A stretch of DNA of 63,406 nucleotides from a virus (IMGVR_UViG_3300027777_001479:1-63406), one strand, 5' to 3'. Numbered from the stretch's first letter, positions 1 through 10,426 are shown. The notes: generated by a model not told the origin, from the letters alone. Numbers and translations are program-made.

Positions 1-233
1 TAGTTTGGTTGGTCATAACAAGTTTGATAATCAGTCATCAAGTAAAACCTACCAGGTGTTAATACACCGGCACCCGCTTCCGCAACAAACTGTGAATATG
101 TTCCTTCGTTATAAGTGATCGAAGAAAATGTAATATGATAAGTACTCCCAATATATTGTACCGGAATTAAAGTATCGTTTGTTGGGAATTGTAGGTATGA
201 TAATTCCCCAATTGTTTTTCCTGTTAATGCCAT
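1..233 (-). CDS. Partial (runs off window) putative virion protein, MALTGKTIGELSYLQFPTNDTLIPVQY...
   Basis: Hand-translated open frame from ATG at 233 to the window edge; TATTTAT motif 17 nt upstream; not in the ORF track. Confidence 0.7.
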   Translation of the reverse strand, partial: MALTGKTIGELSYLQFPTNDTLIPVQYIGSTYHITFSSITYNEGTYSQFVAEAGAGVLTPGRFYLMTDYQTCYDQPN

Positions 234-267
234 AATTTGTTTTTTATTATATAAATAGTTTAAAGTT

Positions 268-1077
268 TTATATTGGATCTACAAATTCTAAATATTCTTC
301 GTCACCAATAATTAAATATTCATCATTACCAACAATTAACGGGTTTATTAACTCTTGAGGTGGTGGATCAACAAACATTAAATATTCATTTTCACCAACA
401 TTAATATATTCATCATTTTCGGTTATTATTGGATCAATTAATACATCAACAGCCGGTGTTTGAGTTGGTGTTGGAGTTGGAGTTGGTGTTGCACTACTTG
501 TCGGTATTGGTGTATTTGTTGGTGTTGGTGTTGGTGTTACTGTTGGTGTTACTGTTGGTGTTACTGTTGGTGTTGGTGTTGGTGTGTTAGTAGGAGTATT
601 TGTTGGTGTTTGACTTAAAACAGGGTAAGGGGTTGGTGTTGGTGTATTAGTCGGAAATGGTGTGGTACAACAATTATAATTTAACACATAACAATTATTG
701 TAAGGTAAAGTGTCCGACAAATAACTTTCAGTAATATTGATAAACAATTGTTCTCTAATTGGTAAAACCAATGTTCCCGTTTCATTTATAAATAAAAATT
801 GTCCTTCATACCTACCAACTCTACTTGTGTCTTGTGGTGTGAATCGGTAATAAACATAGTATTCAGGAGATGCGTTTGGGTTAACTTCTGTTTTTTCAAC
901 AAAACTTGCGACATGTGTATATATTTTTGGAATACCTGTTTGGGTATCTACCATAGAAAAAAAAATGGAAGAAGTCTCAATAAAAGACATCATTGACTGA
1001 TAGTCTTCTATACCATCTTTTACAACCTGTAATTTTAAAAGAGGAAGTGTTGAGTTTTGACCTATAGTAAATTCCAT
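268..1077 (-). CDS. Putative virion protein: BppU-like N-terminal domain, Pro/Thr mucin-like repeat, duplicated acidic C-terminal motif
   Basis: N-terminus paralogous to 1171..1671; (TP)n tract; two copies of LI.P.I..NDEY...G..EYL.FVDP. Confidence 0.65.
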   Translation of the reverse strand: MEFTIGQNSTLPLLKLQVVKDGIEDYQSMMSFIETSSIFFSMVDTQTGIPKIYTHVASFVEKTEVNPNASPEYYVYYRFTPQDTSRVGRYEGQFLFINETGTLVLPIREQLFINITESYLSDTLPYNNCYVLNYNCCTTPFPTNTPTPTPYPVLSQTPTNTPTNTPTPTPTVTPTVTPTVTPTPTPTNTPIPTSSATPTPTPTPTQTPAVDVLIDPIITENDEYINVGENEYLMFVDPPPQELINPLIVGNDEYLIIGDEEYLEFVDPI

Positions 1078-1170
1078 CTATACTTTCTTTATAAATACCT
1101 TAATTGTGATTTTAGTTAAGGACAAACACCACCAACACAGTTGTTATTTCCGCCAGTTACAGATATATAA

Positions 1171-1671
1171 TCATATACTTGTTGTTGATGTTGTTGTTGG
1201 AGATATTGTTGAAGTTGTTGTAACAGGAGGAATTGGTGGTGGAGGTATTGGTTGTGATTTACAACAAGGATAATCCACAATATAACAACTTTGAAAATCA
1301 AAATCATCAATTACAAAACTATCCGTTACATTTATATAAATTTCTTGATTTAAAGGTAAAACCAAAACTCCAGTATCATTTCTAAATAAAAATTGACCTT
1401 TATATCTTGCGGTTTGTTTTGTGTCAAATGGTGTAAACTGATAATAAACATAATATTGGTCTTCTTCGTTGGCATTTAATTTTTCTTTTTTCATTATGCC
1501 AGCCGGTCTTGTTGTGATTTTTGGAATACCTGTTTCGGTATTTACCATAGAAAAAAATATATCGGTTTCTTCTAAAAACCGCATAGATCTATCGTAGTCA
1601 GATCTTCCATCTTTAATTACATTAATTTTTAATATTGGAAGAGTAGAATTTTTCTTAATAAAGAACTCCAT
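1171..1671 (-). CDS. Putative virion protein, tandem paralog of 268..1077, with Pro/Thr tail
   Basis: MEFFIKKNSTLPILK vs [15 protein letters not shown]; shared YYVYY.FTP.DT...RY.GQFLF.N.TG.LVLP. Confidence 0.65.
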   Translation of the reverse strand: MEFFIKKNSTLPILKINVIKDGRSDYDRSMRFLEETDIFFSMVNTETGIPKITTRPAGIMKKEKLNANEEDQYYVYYQFTPFDTKQTARYKGQFLFRNDTGVLVLPLNQEIYINVTDSFVIDDFDFQSCYIVDYPCCKSQPIPPPPIPPVTTTSTISPTTTSTTSI

Positions 1672-1697
1672 TTAATCTTTATTAATAAATACTTGAA

Positions 1698-3365
1698 TTA
1701 AAATTCTTTTCTTAAACTACCTTCGTAAAAGTCAAATCGATTATGTTCAGTTGGTGTCATAAGTAGAACACCAGCATGAATTCGTCCCTTAATTGTTTCT
1801 TTATAACAATGAGACATAAGAGTCTGTTCGTAAGGAAATTGAAATTTTGTTTCTATATAACATTTGTAATTTCCTTCTTTTGATAGAAGAATTGGCCAGT
1901 TAGATAGATATATTTCTCCTGTGGCATAAGGTATACCTTCGTAGGATTTTATGTTTTTAAACTCTAAACTTGGTGAATCAGGATCTTGACCATTTCGTGG
2001 TAGATTTTGATTCATAGGCCAATGTGTTTTTCTAAACTCTTGATCCACATTATACCAAGACCATTGTTTTTCGTGACTACCATAAAATTCTGTAAAGTTT
2101 AATTTTAAAAAGTCAAAATCTTCTTTTTTGAATATTTGAAAAACTTTTCTATATAAATTTTTTGTTTTTCTATTAAAACCATTTTTACAAGTGTCGTCTG
2201 AACCATTATAGAAAAACATATCGTCTTCATAAAAATAATAGTAATCCATATCAGATTCGTGGAAGTGTTCTGCAACAAAAACTCTTCCTCCTGTAATTCC
2301 AATATTATCCTTTTTAATGTGTTCAAACCCATATTGTTCACACAATTCTTTATATCTCGGAGTAGTTGAAAGATCTGTAGAATTATCTAACAAAAACTTT
2401 TTTGTTTTATTGATAAAATCTGAATCATATTCTAACATAGAAGTTATTAATGTTTCAAATTGTTTTGGACTATTAAATGTAATAACATATAAACCAACAT
2501 CACCTGTTTTATTTTTTTTGACTTTATAATTTTTCTTTAAAGTTTTAACCTCTGCAGTATCGTTCTTAACATCTTCAAAAAACTTATAAACCAAACCATT
2601 TGATTCAATTTCAACATAATCGGTAATTGTTGGATTGTTATAAAGTAGAATTGAAAACAAACTTTCTTCCGTTCCCATTAAACCTTTTTGTAATGTTGAT
2701 TTAATAAGATTGTAATACAGAGTATTCATCTGACGAATAAGTTCTTTTGTTCCACCAAAAAAACCACCACGACAAACTTTGTCAACTCTTGTTCCCGTTA
2801 TTTCGGTCATCTTATCGATGTTGAACCCATGTATTTCACGATCCGCTTGATATGGAAAACAAATAAATAAAAAGTTATCAGATAATTTATCTATCTTACC
2901 TAAAACCTTGTCGTGAGTTAAATAACCCATATGAACGGTGTTTGCTAAACCAGCATCAATCCAATAAAGTTTTTCTGAATCAAATTTATCCAAAAGAACC
3001 GCATCGTGTAAGATAAACATTTTTGACATAACCAGTGAGTTATACATTTCTAATTTTGCTTGTGTTGAATCTTTTAACCAACCGGCCAAATTATACCATT
3101 TTGGATTATTTCTAATGTTTTGGATTTGATCGAAAAATTCATTATTTCTAAACCAACTTAGGTCTCTTAAAATAAATTGTGTGTTTTCTTCATTTCTTCT
3201 TTCTGAAACAAATTTTTCTAGTTCTTTGTCTCCGAAAATTATCATATTACAATCAACTTGTAATAGTTGTTCAAATTTATTTAAGTAATGATCAAAAGAC
3301 CTCGACCATCCTTCAGAAAGATTCCCTCTTCCAATATCCCATAAACCAGTTACTAATGTTATCAT
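1698..3365 (-). CDS. HtrL/YibB (WlaTC)-family glycosyltransferase fused to a second GT-A-like domain
   Basis: TLVTGLWDIGRG, YWIDAG, GGFFGG, GTEES motifs; C-terminal half has YYFYEDD (DxD-like). Confidence 0.7.
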   Translation of the reverse strand: MITLVTGLWDIGRGNLSEGWSRSFDHYLNKFEQLLQVDCNMIIFGDKELEKFVSERRNEENTQFILRDLSWFRNNEFFDQIQNIRNNPKWYNLAGWLKDSTQAKLEMYNSLVMSKMFILHDAVLLDKFDSEKLYWIDAGLANTVHMGYLTHDKVLGKIDKLSDNFLFICFPYQADREIHGFNIDKMTEITGTRVDKVCRGGFFGGTKELIRQMNTLYYNLIKSTLQKGLMGTEESLFSILLYNNPTITDYVEIESNGLVYKFFEDVKNDTAEVKTLKKNYKVKKNKTGDVGLYVITFNSPKQFETLITSMLEYDSDFINKTKKFLLDNSTDLSTTPRYKELCEQYGFEHIKKDNIGITGGRVFVAEHFHESDMDYYYFYEDDMFFYNGSDDTCKNGFNRKTKNLYRKVFQIFKKEDFDFLKLNFTEFYGSHEKQWSWYNVDQEFRKTHWPMNQNLPRNGQDPDSPSLEFKNIKSYEGIPYATGEIYLSNWPILLSKEGNYKCYIETKFQFPYEQTLMSHCYKETIKGRIHAGVLLMTPTEHNRFDFYEGSLRKEF

Positions 3366-3368
3366 TTT

Positions 3369-4244
3369 TTAATTTAAGTTTTCTAAAATTTTATAAAAAC
3401 TTTTTTCTGTTTTTGTTAATTCTAAAAGATCGACACCAGGTATAATATCTTCTTCGTGCCACCAAATATCAAAATATAAAGAAGTGAATAAGTCTTGATT
3501 ATTGTAATATAAAAGTGACATAATATTTTCTTCTAAATAAAGTTCGTTTTCATTTACCAACACTTCATTTATTTTTTCAGTAAATAAATCACAAAATGTT
3601 TTCATTATATCTTTTTTACCACCAAAAAAACCGCCAATTATATGTCGATCACTATTATATTTAGAATAATATTTTTTTGGTAATGTTGTAGACCAATAAT
3701 TTCTTTTGTTGTCTTTAGCACAAACAACAATTTTATCCTCTGTAAAATCTATTAGATTATTTAAAAAGTTGTTATTAAAAAGTGAAGACTCAAAATATTT
3801 TTCCCAATATCCTTTTGTTTGGTCTAAATATTTGAAAGGTATTAAACCTGTATGTGAAAGTCCTGCATCAAACCAATATAAATGTTTTACATCATCAGTT
3901 AATTCATTCAAACACCAAATAAACTTTGAGTATTGAATTTCATAGCATCTATCTTTTAATACTTTACTTGACACATCTTTTATTCTTTGGATGTGTTTGT
4001 GAAAATCACATCTTTGTAAATCAAATGTTTTAAATATTATTTGATTTTCATTAAAGTTATTTTGAACATAAAAAAAATCTTTCAGAATATCTATTTCACT
4101 AATACTTGTATAACAAACAAAAGTCGCGTTAGACATTTTTAATAAGCTTCGAAGTGAATTTAAATAATGTCCTTGACGACTATCTCTACCCCCTAATTTA
4201 GTGTTGTATAAGTTTGAGTATATTGCTGTGACAATTTTTATCAT
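3369..4244 (-). CDS. HtrL/YibB-like glycosyltransferase
   Basis: IVTAIY, YWFDAG, IIGGFFGG, LEENIMS motifs; paralog of the neighbouring N-terminal domain. Confidence 0.65.
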   Translation of the reverse strand: MIKIVTAIYSNLYNTKLGGRDSRQGHYLNSLRSLLKMSNATFVCYTSISEIDILKDFFYVQNNFNENQIIFKTFDLQRCDFHKHIQRIKDVSSKVLKDRCYEIQYSKFIWCLNELTDDVKHLYWFDAGLSHTGLIPFKYLDQTKGYWEKYFESSLFNNNFLNNLIDFTEDKIVVCAKDNKRNYWSTTLPKKYYSKYNSDRHIIGGFFGGKKDIMKTFCDLFTEKINEVLVNENELYLEENIMSLLYYNNQDLFTSLYFDIWWHEEDIIPGVDLLELTKTEKSFYKILENLN

Positions 4245-5485
4245 AAATTTCCAATAATTCTTTCACACCAATCTTTCGAAACGGAATGTGGCCAAACCAC
4301 CCAATACGAAGGAATTTCTGTTGTATTAAACTCTCTCCATATTTTTCCGTAACCATCAGGATCATTTTTAATTCTTAAAATTTCGTTGGCGTCTGCGTCT
4401 TGTCTAAATAGTGTTTTATGTTCTTTATCGTGAAATGCAACAACCCAAAAATCATAATCAGTTTCAGGAACACGATTTAGATCTAAATCAATACAATGTT
4501 TGAATATGGTTGAAAATGAATTTCTCCATTCTTCTTCGGTTTTATAATCGTATGTGTTTGGTGGGTATTTTTTATCTATTGTTTCTTGTTGAATACCTCT
4601 TGTCTCAAACAATACGCCAGCATATTTTTCATAATCTCTTATGGTTCTTTCTGTTCCAAACCATTCTGAGTAATCTCCATTATATTTTTCACCATCAACA
4701 CCAAGTAATTGTCTGTTTTTAATATGACATGCGGTGTTTTTCTTATGCCATTCTTTATCTATGTCCCATTGTTTAATTCTTCCTTTTCTTGTGTATTCAT
4801 GCCAAATAACAACTTTATGTGGGTGAAATAAATCGTATCCGTGAGTATATGCCCTCACAGTGATTGAAATTTCTTCTCCGTGAAAATAAAATTCAGGATC
4901 GTGTTGAACTTCAGTTGAAAATTGTCCTAATGTAAAACAAAAGTGAGCAGAATAAAATCTTGCTGTCACAGGTTCTTTAAGTTCTTTCCATCCAGGAATA
5001 ACTTCAGGTAAAAAGAATACAACACCTTCAGGTGTAAATCTATCAAAAGCCATTCTCCACGGCTCGGTAACTCTTCCTTGTGGGTCGTTTTCCGGATCAA
5101 AAGATGAAACATATCCTGTTAACAAAGGTTTTTTATGTCCTTTCTTTTGGAGTTGTTTAATCATCTTAATAAGAGTATCATCCCAATCTTTTTCAAATCT
5201 CATATGGGAATCAATTTGTAATGTATATTTTTCATTACCATACAATTGTTGAACTTGATGTCTTGCCCAACAAACACCTTTTGATTCAACATCTAAGACA
5301 TCAATAATTTTAAATCTTTTGTCATTTCTGAACTCGTCTATGTTAAATTCATCTTCGGAATTAAACTGATTACAAATTCCAATTCTTAGATTATTTGGAT
5401 ATTTGGCGTTATTTAAAAGATCATTAATAGTTGGTACTAATTGAGGATCTCTAAACGATGCTATTTGAACAAATATAGTATTCAT
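4241..5485 (-). CDS. GT60-like polypeptide GlcNAc transferase (Gnt1/Skp1-hydroxyproline GlcNAcT family)
   Basis: TIFVQIASFRD, GVCWAR, LQIDSHMRF, FYSAHFCF, FHGEEI..TVRAYTHGYD motifs. Confidence 0.8.
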   Translation of the reverse strand: MNTIFVQIASFRDPQLVPTINDLLNNAKYPNNLRIGICNQFNSEDEFNIDEFRNDKRFKIIDVLDVESKGVCWARHQVQQLYGNEKYTLQIDSHMRFEKDWDDTLIKMIKQLQKKGHKKPLLTGYVSSFDPENDPQGRVTEPWRMAFDRFTPEGVVFFLPEVIPGWKELKEPVTARFYSAHFCFTLGQFSTEVQHDPEFYFHGEEISITVRAYTHGYDLFHPHKVVIWHEYTRKGRIKQWDIDKEWHKKNTACHIKNRQLLGVDGEKYNGDYSEWFGTERTIRDYEKYAGVLFETRGIQQETIDKKYPPNTYDYKTEEEWRNSFSTIFKHCIDLDLNRVPETDYDFWVVAFHDKEHKTLFRQDADANEILRIKNDPDGYGKIWREFNTTEIPSYWVVWPHSVSKDWCERIIGNL

Positions 5486-5543
5486 TTTATTTTATTTTTT
5501 AAAAAATATAGTAGTAATAAAAAAAATATAAACCGAATAAACA

Positions 5544-6128
5544 CTAAAGTATTTTAGAACTTTTTTTTAAATTTTCTGTGGCCCACATAGGTTGTAAATT
5601 AGTATAGTGAGATAATTTATATACTTCTTCTTTGGTTTTTGCAGATGATAGTGGAATTCTGTGATCTATGTGCCACCCATCAATGCCGTGGTTTTCCCAA
5701 GACATACCTTCCACAAATAGATTTTCAAGATATTTTTTTAAATTTTCTGGAGAACAACCAACAATATCAAATGTTTTATTAGTTTTTGTGTAATTTTTTA
5801 GTTTTACAAAATTTACTAATCTTGATCTCATAATACAAGAAAGTTTGAAATTTATATCATTTTTTTTCTTTATGTTAGCATATTTTGTATTTCTTTTTAT
5901 TTCCTTATCTTTGTTCAACTCATAATACTTTTTTTTACTTATGATAATTTTTTCCATATTATTTAATTTCCAATTCAACTTACGTTCGTTTTCCCTATCT
6001 TTGTTTTGAATAGCGTATTTTTTTTTACAAGCTTTACAAACATATTGACGCCCGTATTTATCACCTCCTTTGTGATATTCTGTTAGTGGTTTTTCTTCAT
6101 AACATTTTGTACATTTTTTAGAAATCAT
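5544..6128 (-). CDS. HNH/endonuclease VII-like homing endonuclease with N-terminal Zn finger (likely start 6128)
   Basis: CTKC...CKAC; GMSWENHG..GWHIDHRIPLS...HYTNLQPMWATENLKKS. Confidence 0.8.
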   Translation of the reverse strand: MISKKCTKCYEEKPLTEYHKGGDKYGRQYVCKACKKKYAIQNKDRENERKLNWKLNNMEKIIISKKKYYELNKDKEIKRNTKYANIKKKNDINFKLSCIMRSRLVNFVKLKNYTKTNKTFDIVGCSPENLKKYLENLFVEGMSWENHGIDGWHIDHRIPLSSAKTKEEVYKLSHYTNLQPMWATENLKKSSKIL

Positions 6129-6156
6129 AAAACATATTGTTAAAAAATTTATTAAA

Positions 6157-6459
6157 TTAAGGGCCTTCGTATAAATAAATTGAGGCATCTTGGAATAAGA
6201 ATACTTCAAACCCTTCAAATAATTTTCCATAAATTTCACCACAAGTAAGAAGAAATATTTTTTCACAACCCAACGAGTCAATAATTTTTAATATTATCGG
6301 TGTTGATGTGTCCAATGGTGGTGGAACAATAAAAGTTACTGGAGGTGTAATGAAGGTAGAACCCGATACCAAATAACAATATGTGATTGTTTGATCACAA
6401 ACGTATATATCATATGGGGGTGTTCCTGATATTGAAGTAATTTGAATTATATTTGACAT
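6157..6459 (-). CDS. Small putative virion protein
   Basis: SGTPPYDIYVCD...IIDSLGC beta-rich module; TATTTAT upstream. Confidence 0.6.
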   Translation of the reverse strand: MSNIIQITSISGTPPYDIYVCDQTITYCYLVSGSTFITPPVTFIVPPPLDTSTPIILKIIDSLGCEKIFLLTCGEIYGKLFEGFEVFLFQDASIYLYEGP

Positions 6460-6505
6460 ATAACATAAATACCAAATTAAAATATTTCTAAAATCTATAA
6501 ATTAA

Positions 6506-7498
6506 TTAAAGACCAAATCTTGATTTATTGGCATTCCACAAAGAACTAATTTGTTGTGAATCTAAAGACTTATCATATATACCAACAATTGATAAAAATC
6601 CACCCCAATATTCATTTAAGTCCCATCTTCTCATTAATACTATTCCCGAATTGCCAGAAGTTGGTGTACTAACAATATTAACACTAAAAATTAATGAGTT
6701 ATCAACATATAAATTAAGATTTGATCCATCATAAGTACCAACAATAAAATGCCAACCAGGTGTTAATATATAACCTACCGGTGTAAGATTCCAAGAACCA
6801 TTAAAAAACCCTGTTTGTAAATTAGGACTTGTATCACTTCCGTTTCCTAACATATAATTGATGGCGGTCGGAAATACTTCTGAAACAATACATGGTGACC
6901 CACCAATATTTGTTCCATTATAATTCTGCCAAACGCTAATTGACCAAGTATTTAAAGATGGTAAACTTGTATTACATTGTGCATATTGCGATGAAGAAGT
7001 TTGGAAATCTAAAAACCCACCAAACCCACCACCATAGTTAGGCCCATTAATTAAATTAAATATTTTTCCACCTACAGTATCAGTCCAAACACTTCCTGTT
7101 CCAGGATAACTTGTCGGATCACCCGCATCTAAATATAAAACAGGTGATATGTATGAGTTCCAATATCCATTTGATGTTAGTGCCGCAGACGCATCTTTGG
7201 CGTTAGTATATGTTGTATTTAGTAATTTATTTGTAATACTAATAAATTCACTATCATTAAAACCATTTGTTTTAAAAAATCCAACTGAAGCTGTTTGTCC
7301 AAAAACAGGTGTTGGTTGACTATTATCGGGTACAGGTTGTGCGATTACATAACCCAATTCTTCATCAGGACCATTCCACCATTGTAGTCCCGTGGCATCA
7401 AAACCCGAAGTTGGGTAACCTACGGCCAAATTACCAACTTGTATTGTTCCTGAAATTGTTGATCCCGTATTAAAAGCAAATGGTCTTGCAGATGACAT
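6506..7498 (-). CDS. Virion protein with C-terminal LamG/concanavalin A-like lectin domain
   Basis: LYLDAG..SYPGTG..WTD; WHFIVGTYDG..LNLYVD; IYDKSL...QI..LWNA.K.RFGL. Confidence 0.8.
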   Translation of the reverse strand: MSSARPFAFNTGSTISGTIQVGNLAVGYPTSGFDATGLQWWNGPDEELGYVIAQPVPDNSQPTPVFGQTASVGFFKTNGFNDSEFISITNKLLNTTYTNAKDASAALTSNGYWNSYISPVLYLDAGDPTSYPGTGSVWTDTVGGKIFNLINGPNYGGGFGGFLDFQTSSSQYAQCNTSLPSLNTWSISVWQNYNGTNIGGSPCIVSEVFPTAINYMLGNGSDTSPNLQTGFFNGSWNLTPVGYILTPGWHFIVGTYDGSNLNLYVDNSLIFSVNIVSTPTSGNSGIVLMRRWDLNEYWGGFLSIVGIYDKSLDSQQISSLWNANKSRFGL

Positions 7499-7552
7499 AA
7501 TTCTTTTTTCATAAATACTTCATTTATCAGTATTTTACTATTATTTTTTAAT

Positions 7553-10426
7553 ATGGATAAAATCAAACTTTTATATCTCACACCCCACCTTTCAACAGGA
7601 GGAATGCCACAATTCACATTAAAAAGAATTGAATCCCTTCAAAAATACAAAGATCAAATTGAAATATTTTTAGTTGAGTATTCACAATTCAGTGACACAT
7701 ATGTTGTTCAAAGAAATAAAATAATTGAGTTATTAGATGAAAATCATTTTTTTACGTTAGGGTTATCCACAGAAAAAGATAAAAAATATGATTTAATAAA
7801 AATCATTAATGAAAATAAAATTGATATTGTTCACGCAGAAGAAATACCAGAAGCGTTTGAAAGTTTTAATAAAATACCAAAAGACATATTAAACCAATTA
7901 TATTCAAACAAAAGAACTTGGAAAATTGTTGAGACCTGTCATAATGTTTGGTATGATGCCAACACATTAAAAAAATTACATCCCGATTATTATTCTTTAA
8001 TAACACCTTATCATCAAGTTTCACAATTTAATACTACACCATCACCAAAAAAATTATTGACGTTCCCTTACGAAGAAAAACAAGTTTCACTTTTAAAAAA
8101 ATTTGAATCAAGACAACAATTAAAAATTGATGAAACAAAAACCCATATATTAAATGTTGGTTTATGGACGGAAGGGAAAAATCAAAAAGAAGGAATTGAA
8201 ATAGCAAGATTATTACAAGACACAAATCCGAATTTACATTTTCATTTTATTGGAAATCAAGCTCCAAACTTTGAAAGTTATTGGAAACCAATAATGGAAG
8301 ACCTACCAAAAAATGTTACAATATGGGGCGAAAGAGATGATGTTGATTTGTTTATGGAGTCTTGTGATGTTTTGATGTTTAACTCAATTTTCGAATGTAA
8401 TCCTTTGGTTGTTAGAGAAGCGATCAATTATAAAATGAAAATTTTAACAAGAAACCTTCCACAATATATGGGAATGTTTGACTCATTTATTAAACCAATA
8501 GAAGGAGACATAACTAAAATTTCAAATGATTTGTTGGATCTAATTAATTCAAACCAAAATTATGAAATTGAATATCAAACAGATTTTGGGGACGAGTTAT
8601 TGAATTTTTATAAAAAAATTATGGATACACCAATAATTTATAATGAACCGATTAAAAACGATTATACTTTCAAACAACACTTTGTTGTCAATCCATTTTT
8701 TGAAATTTTGGGAGAAAGTGATAGTTTATTTAACATAAAGTTATTTGACCAAAATAATTTGATATATGAAAATAATTTGCCAATTAATAGTTGGGTTAAA
8801 TTAAACAGAGAATATTATACAAAATGGAGAACCGAAGTTTATGAAAATGGTGAGTTGATTTATAATGATATATTAAATTTGAAAAACAAAAGAGTTTATA
8901 TTTCATTTGGATCAAAATCGTTGGGTGATACTTTGGCTTGGATTCCTTACTGCGAAGAGTTTAGAAAAAAACATAACTGCGAACTTATTGTTTCAACTTT
9001 TATGAATGATTTATTTAAAGATCAATATTCAAATATTGAATTTAAAAATCCTGGAGAAGTCGTACATAATATTTATGCACAGTACAAATTGGGTTGGTAT
9101 TACAACGAAGACAATTCTTTAAACTATAACGCACATCCAAATGATGTTAAAAGACAACCATTACAAAAAACAGCAACAGATATTTTGGGTTTAGATTATA
9201 AAGAAATAAGACCAAAATTAAACTTACCAAACATCACAAAAAAGAAAAAAGTGGGCATTGGTTTTCATTCTACAGCACAAGCGAAGTATTGGAATAACCC
9301 TGATGGGTGGCAATCCGTTATAGATCATCTTGATGCGTTGGGGTATGAATGTATGATCTATTCAAAAGAAGGTGATGGTTATATGAATAATTTTTACCCA
9401 AAAGGAGTTACTATCTTTAAAGGGGGAAATCTTCAGGAGGTTATTAACGATTTGGTTAGTTGCGAATTTTTTATTGGTCTTGGTTCAGGTTTATCTTGGT
9501 TGGCATGGGCATGTGAATTACCTGTAATTTTAATATCAGGATTTAGTGAAAAATTTGCAGAAACAAAGTTAAACACATATAGAGTAATAAATGAAGACGT
9601 ATGTCATGGATGTTTTAATAATGATAGATTAAATGCTTCTGATTGGAATTGGTGTCCTTTACATAAAGGAACTGATCGTCAATTTGAGTGCTCCAAAAAA
9701 ATAACATCAGACATGGTGATAAAAGAAATAAATAAGATTATGAACGAAGAAAAAGTTATTGAGAAAAAAAATAAATTAGATGGATTTGATTGGGGAGGAA
9801 AAACTAATTGGTATAGTGAGGCCGCAATTAAAGAAATTGAAGATCATAACATATATGATAGATGTTTTATTGTAGAAGAAGGTGATATTGTTGTTGACTT
9901 AGGTGCGTCATTAGGACCATTCACATATTCAATTTTACCAAACAATCCAAAACAATGTTTTGTTGTTGAGCCATTATCATATCAAATAGAAGTTTTAAAA
10001 AGAAACGTTGGAAAAGATAATGTTAAAATTATTCAAGGAGCAATTACCGACAAAAAAAGAATTGAAATTACGTGGGATGGAATTAGTGAAAGTGTTCCTA
10101 CTTTTACATTCAGAGAATTTTTAGATGAAAATAATATTTCAAAAATTGATTTTTTAAAGTGTGATTGTGAAGGGGGGGAATATGACGTATTTCAAAAAAG
10201 TAATATTGAATTTTTAAAAACAATTCCAAAAATTGTTGTTGAGTTCCATTTAAGAAATGACGAAAATTTTCATCAATGTAAGTTCAGATGGTTTAGAGAT
10301 AATATTTTACAAATGTTCGATAACTTTGAAGTATATTCTATAGATGGTGTAAATATAAAATGGGATTTATGGAACGAACATTTTATAGAATATTATAACG
10401 AAGTTATTTTTTATTTTAATAATTGA
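7553..10426 (+). CDS. Three-domain fusion: GT4-like + Aah/TibC-type protein O-heptosyltransferase + FkbM-like methyltransferase
   Basis: PHLSTGGMPQ and NVGLWTEGKNQ (GT4); SKSLGDTLAW, FFIGLGSGLSWLAW, CHGC...WCP...FECSK (iron-finger Cys); VVDLGASLG, LKCDCEGGEY (FkbM). Confidence 0.8.
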   Translation: MDKIKLLYLTPHLSTGGMPQFTLKRIESLQKYKDQIEIFLVEYSQFSDTYVVQRNKIIELLDENHFFTLGLSTEKDKKYDLIKIINENKIDIVHAEEIPEAFESFNKIPKDILNQLYSNKRTWKIVETCHNVWYDANTLKKLHPDYYSLITPYHQVSQFNTTPSPKKLLTFPYEEKQVSLLKKFESRQQLKIDETKTHILNVGLWTEGKNQKEGIEIARLLQDTNPNLHFHFIGNQAPNFESYWKPIMEDLPKNVTIWGERDDVDLFMESCDVLMFNSIFECNPLVVREAINYKMKILTRNLPQYMGMFDSFIKPIEGDITKISNDLLDLINSNQNYEIEYQTDFGDELLNFYKKIMDTPIIYNEPIKNDYTFKQHFVVNPFFEILGESDSLFNIKLFDQNNLIYENNLPINSWVKLNREYYTKWRTEVYENGELIYNDILNLKNKRVYISFGSKSLGDTLAWIPYCEEFRKKHNCELIVSTFMNDLFKDQYSNIEFKNPGEVVHNIYAQYKLGWYYNEDNSLNYNAHPNDVKRQPLQKTATDILGLDYKEIRPKLNLPNITKKKKVGIGFHSTAQAKYWNNPDGWQSVIDHLDALGYECMIYSKEGDGYMNNFYPKGVTIFKGGNLQEVINDLVSCEFFIGLGSGLSWLAWACELPVILISGFSEKFAETKLNTYRVINEDVCHGCFNNDRLNASDWNWCPLHKGTDRQFECSKKITSDMVIKEINKIMNEEKVIEKKNKLDGFDWGGKTNWYSEAAIKEIEDHNIYDRCFIVEEGDIVVDLGASLGPFTYSILPNNPKQCFVVEPLSYQIEVLKRNVGKDNVKIIQGAITDKKRIEITWDGISESVPTFTFREFLDENNISKIDFLKCDCEGGEYDVFQKSNIEFLKTIPKIVVEFHLRNDENFHQCKFRWFRDNILQMFDNFEVYSIDGVNIKWDLWNEHFIEYYNEVIFYFNN

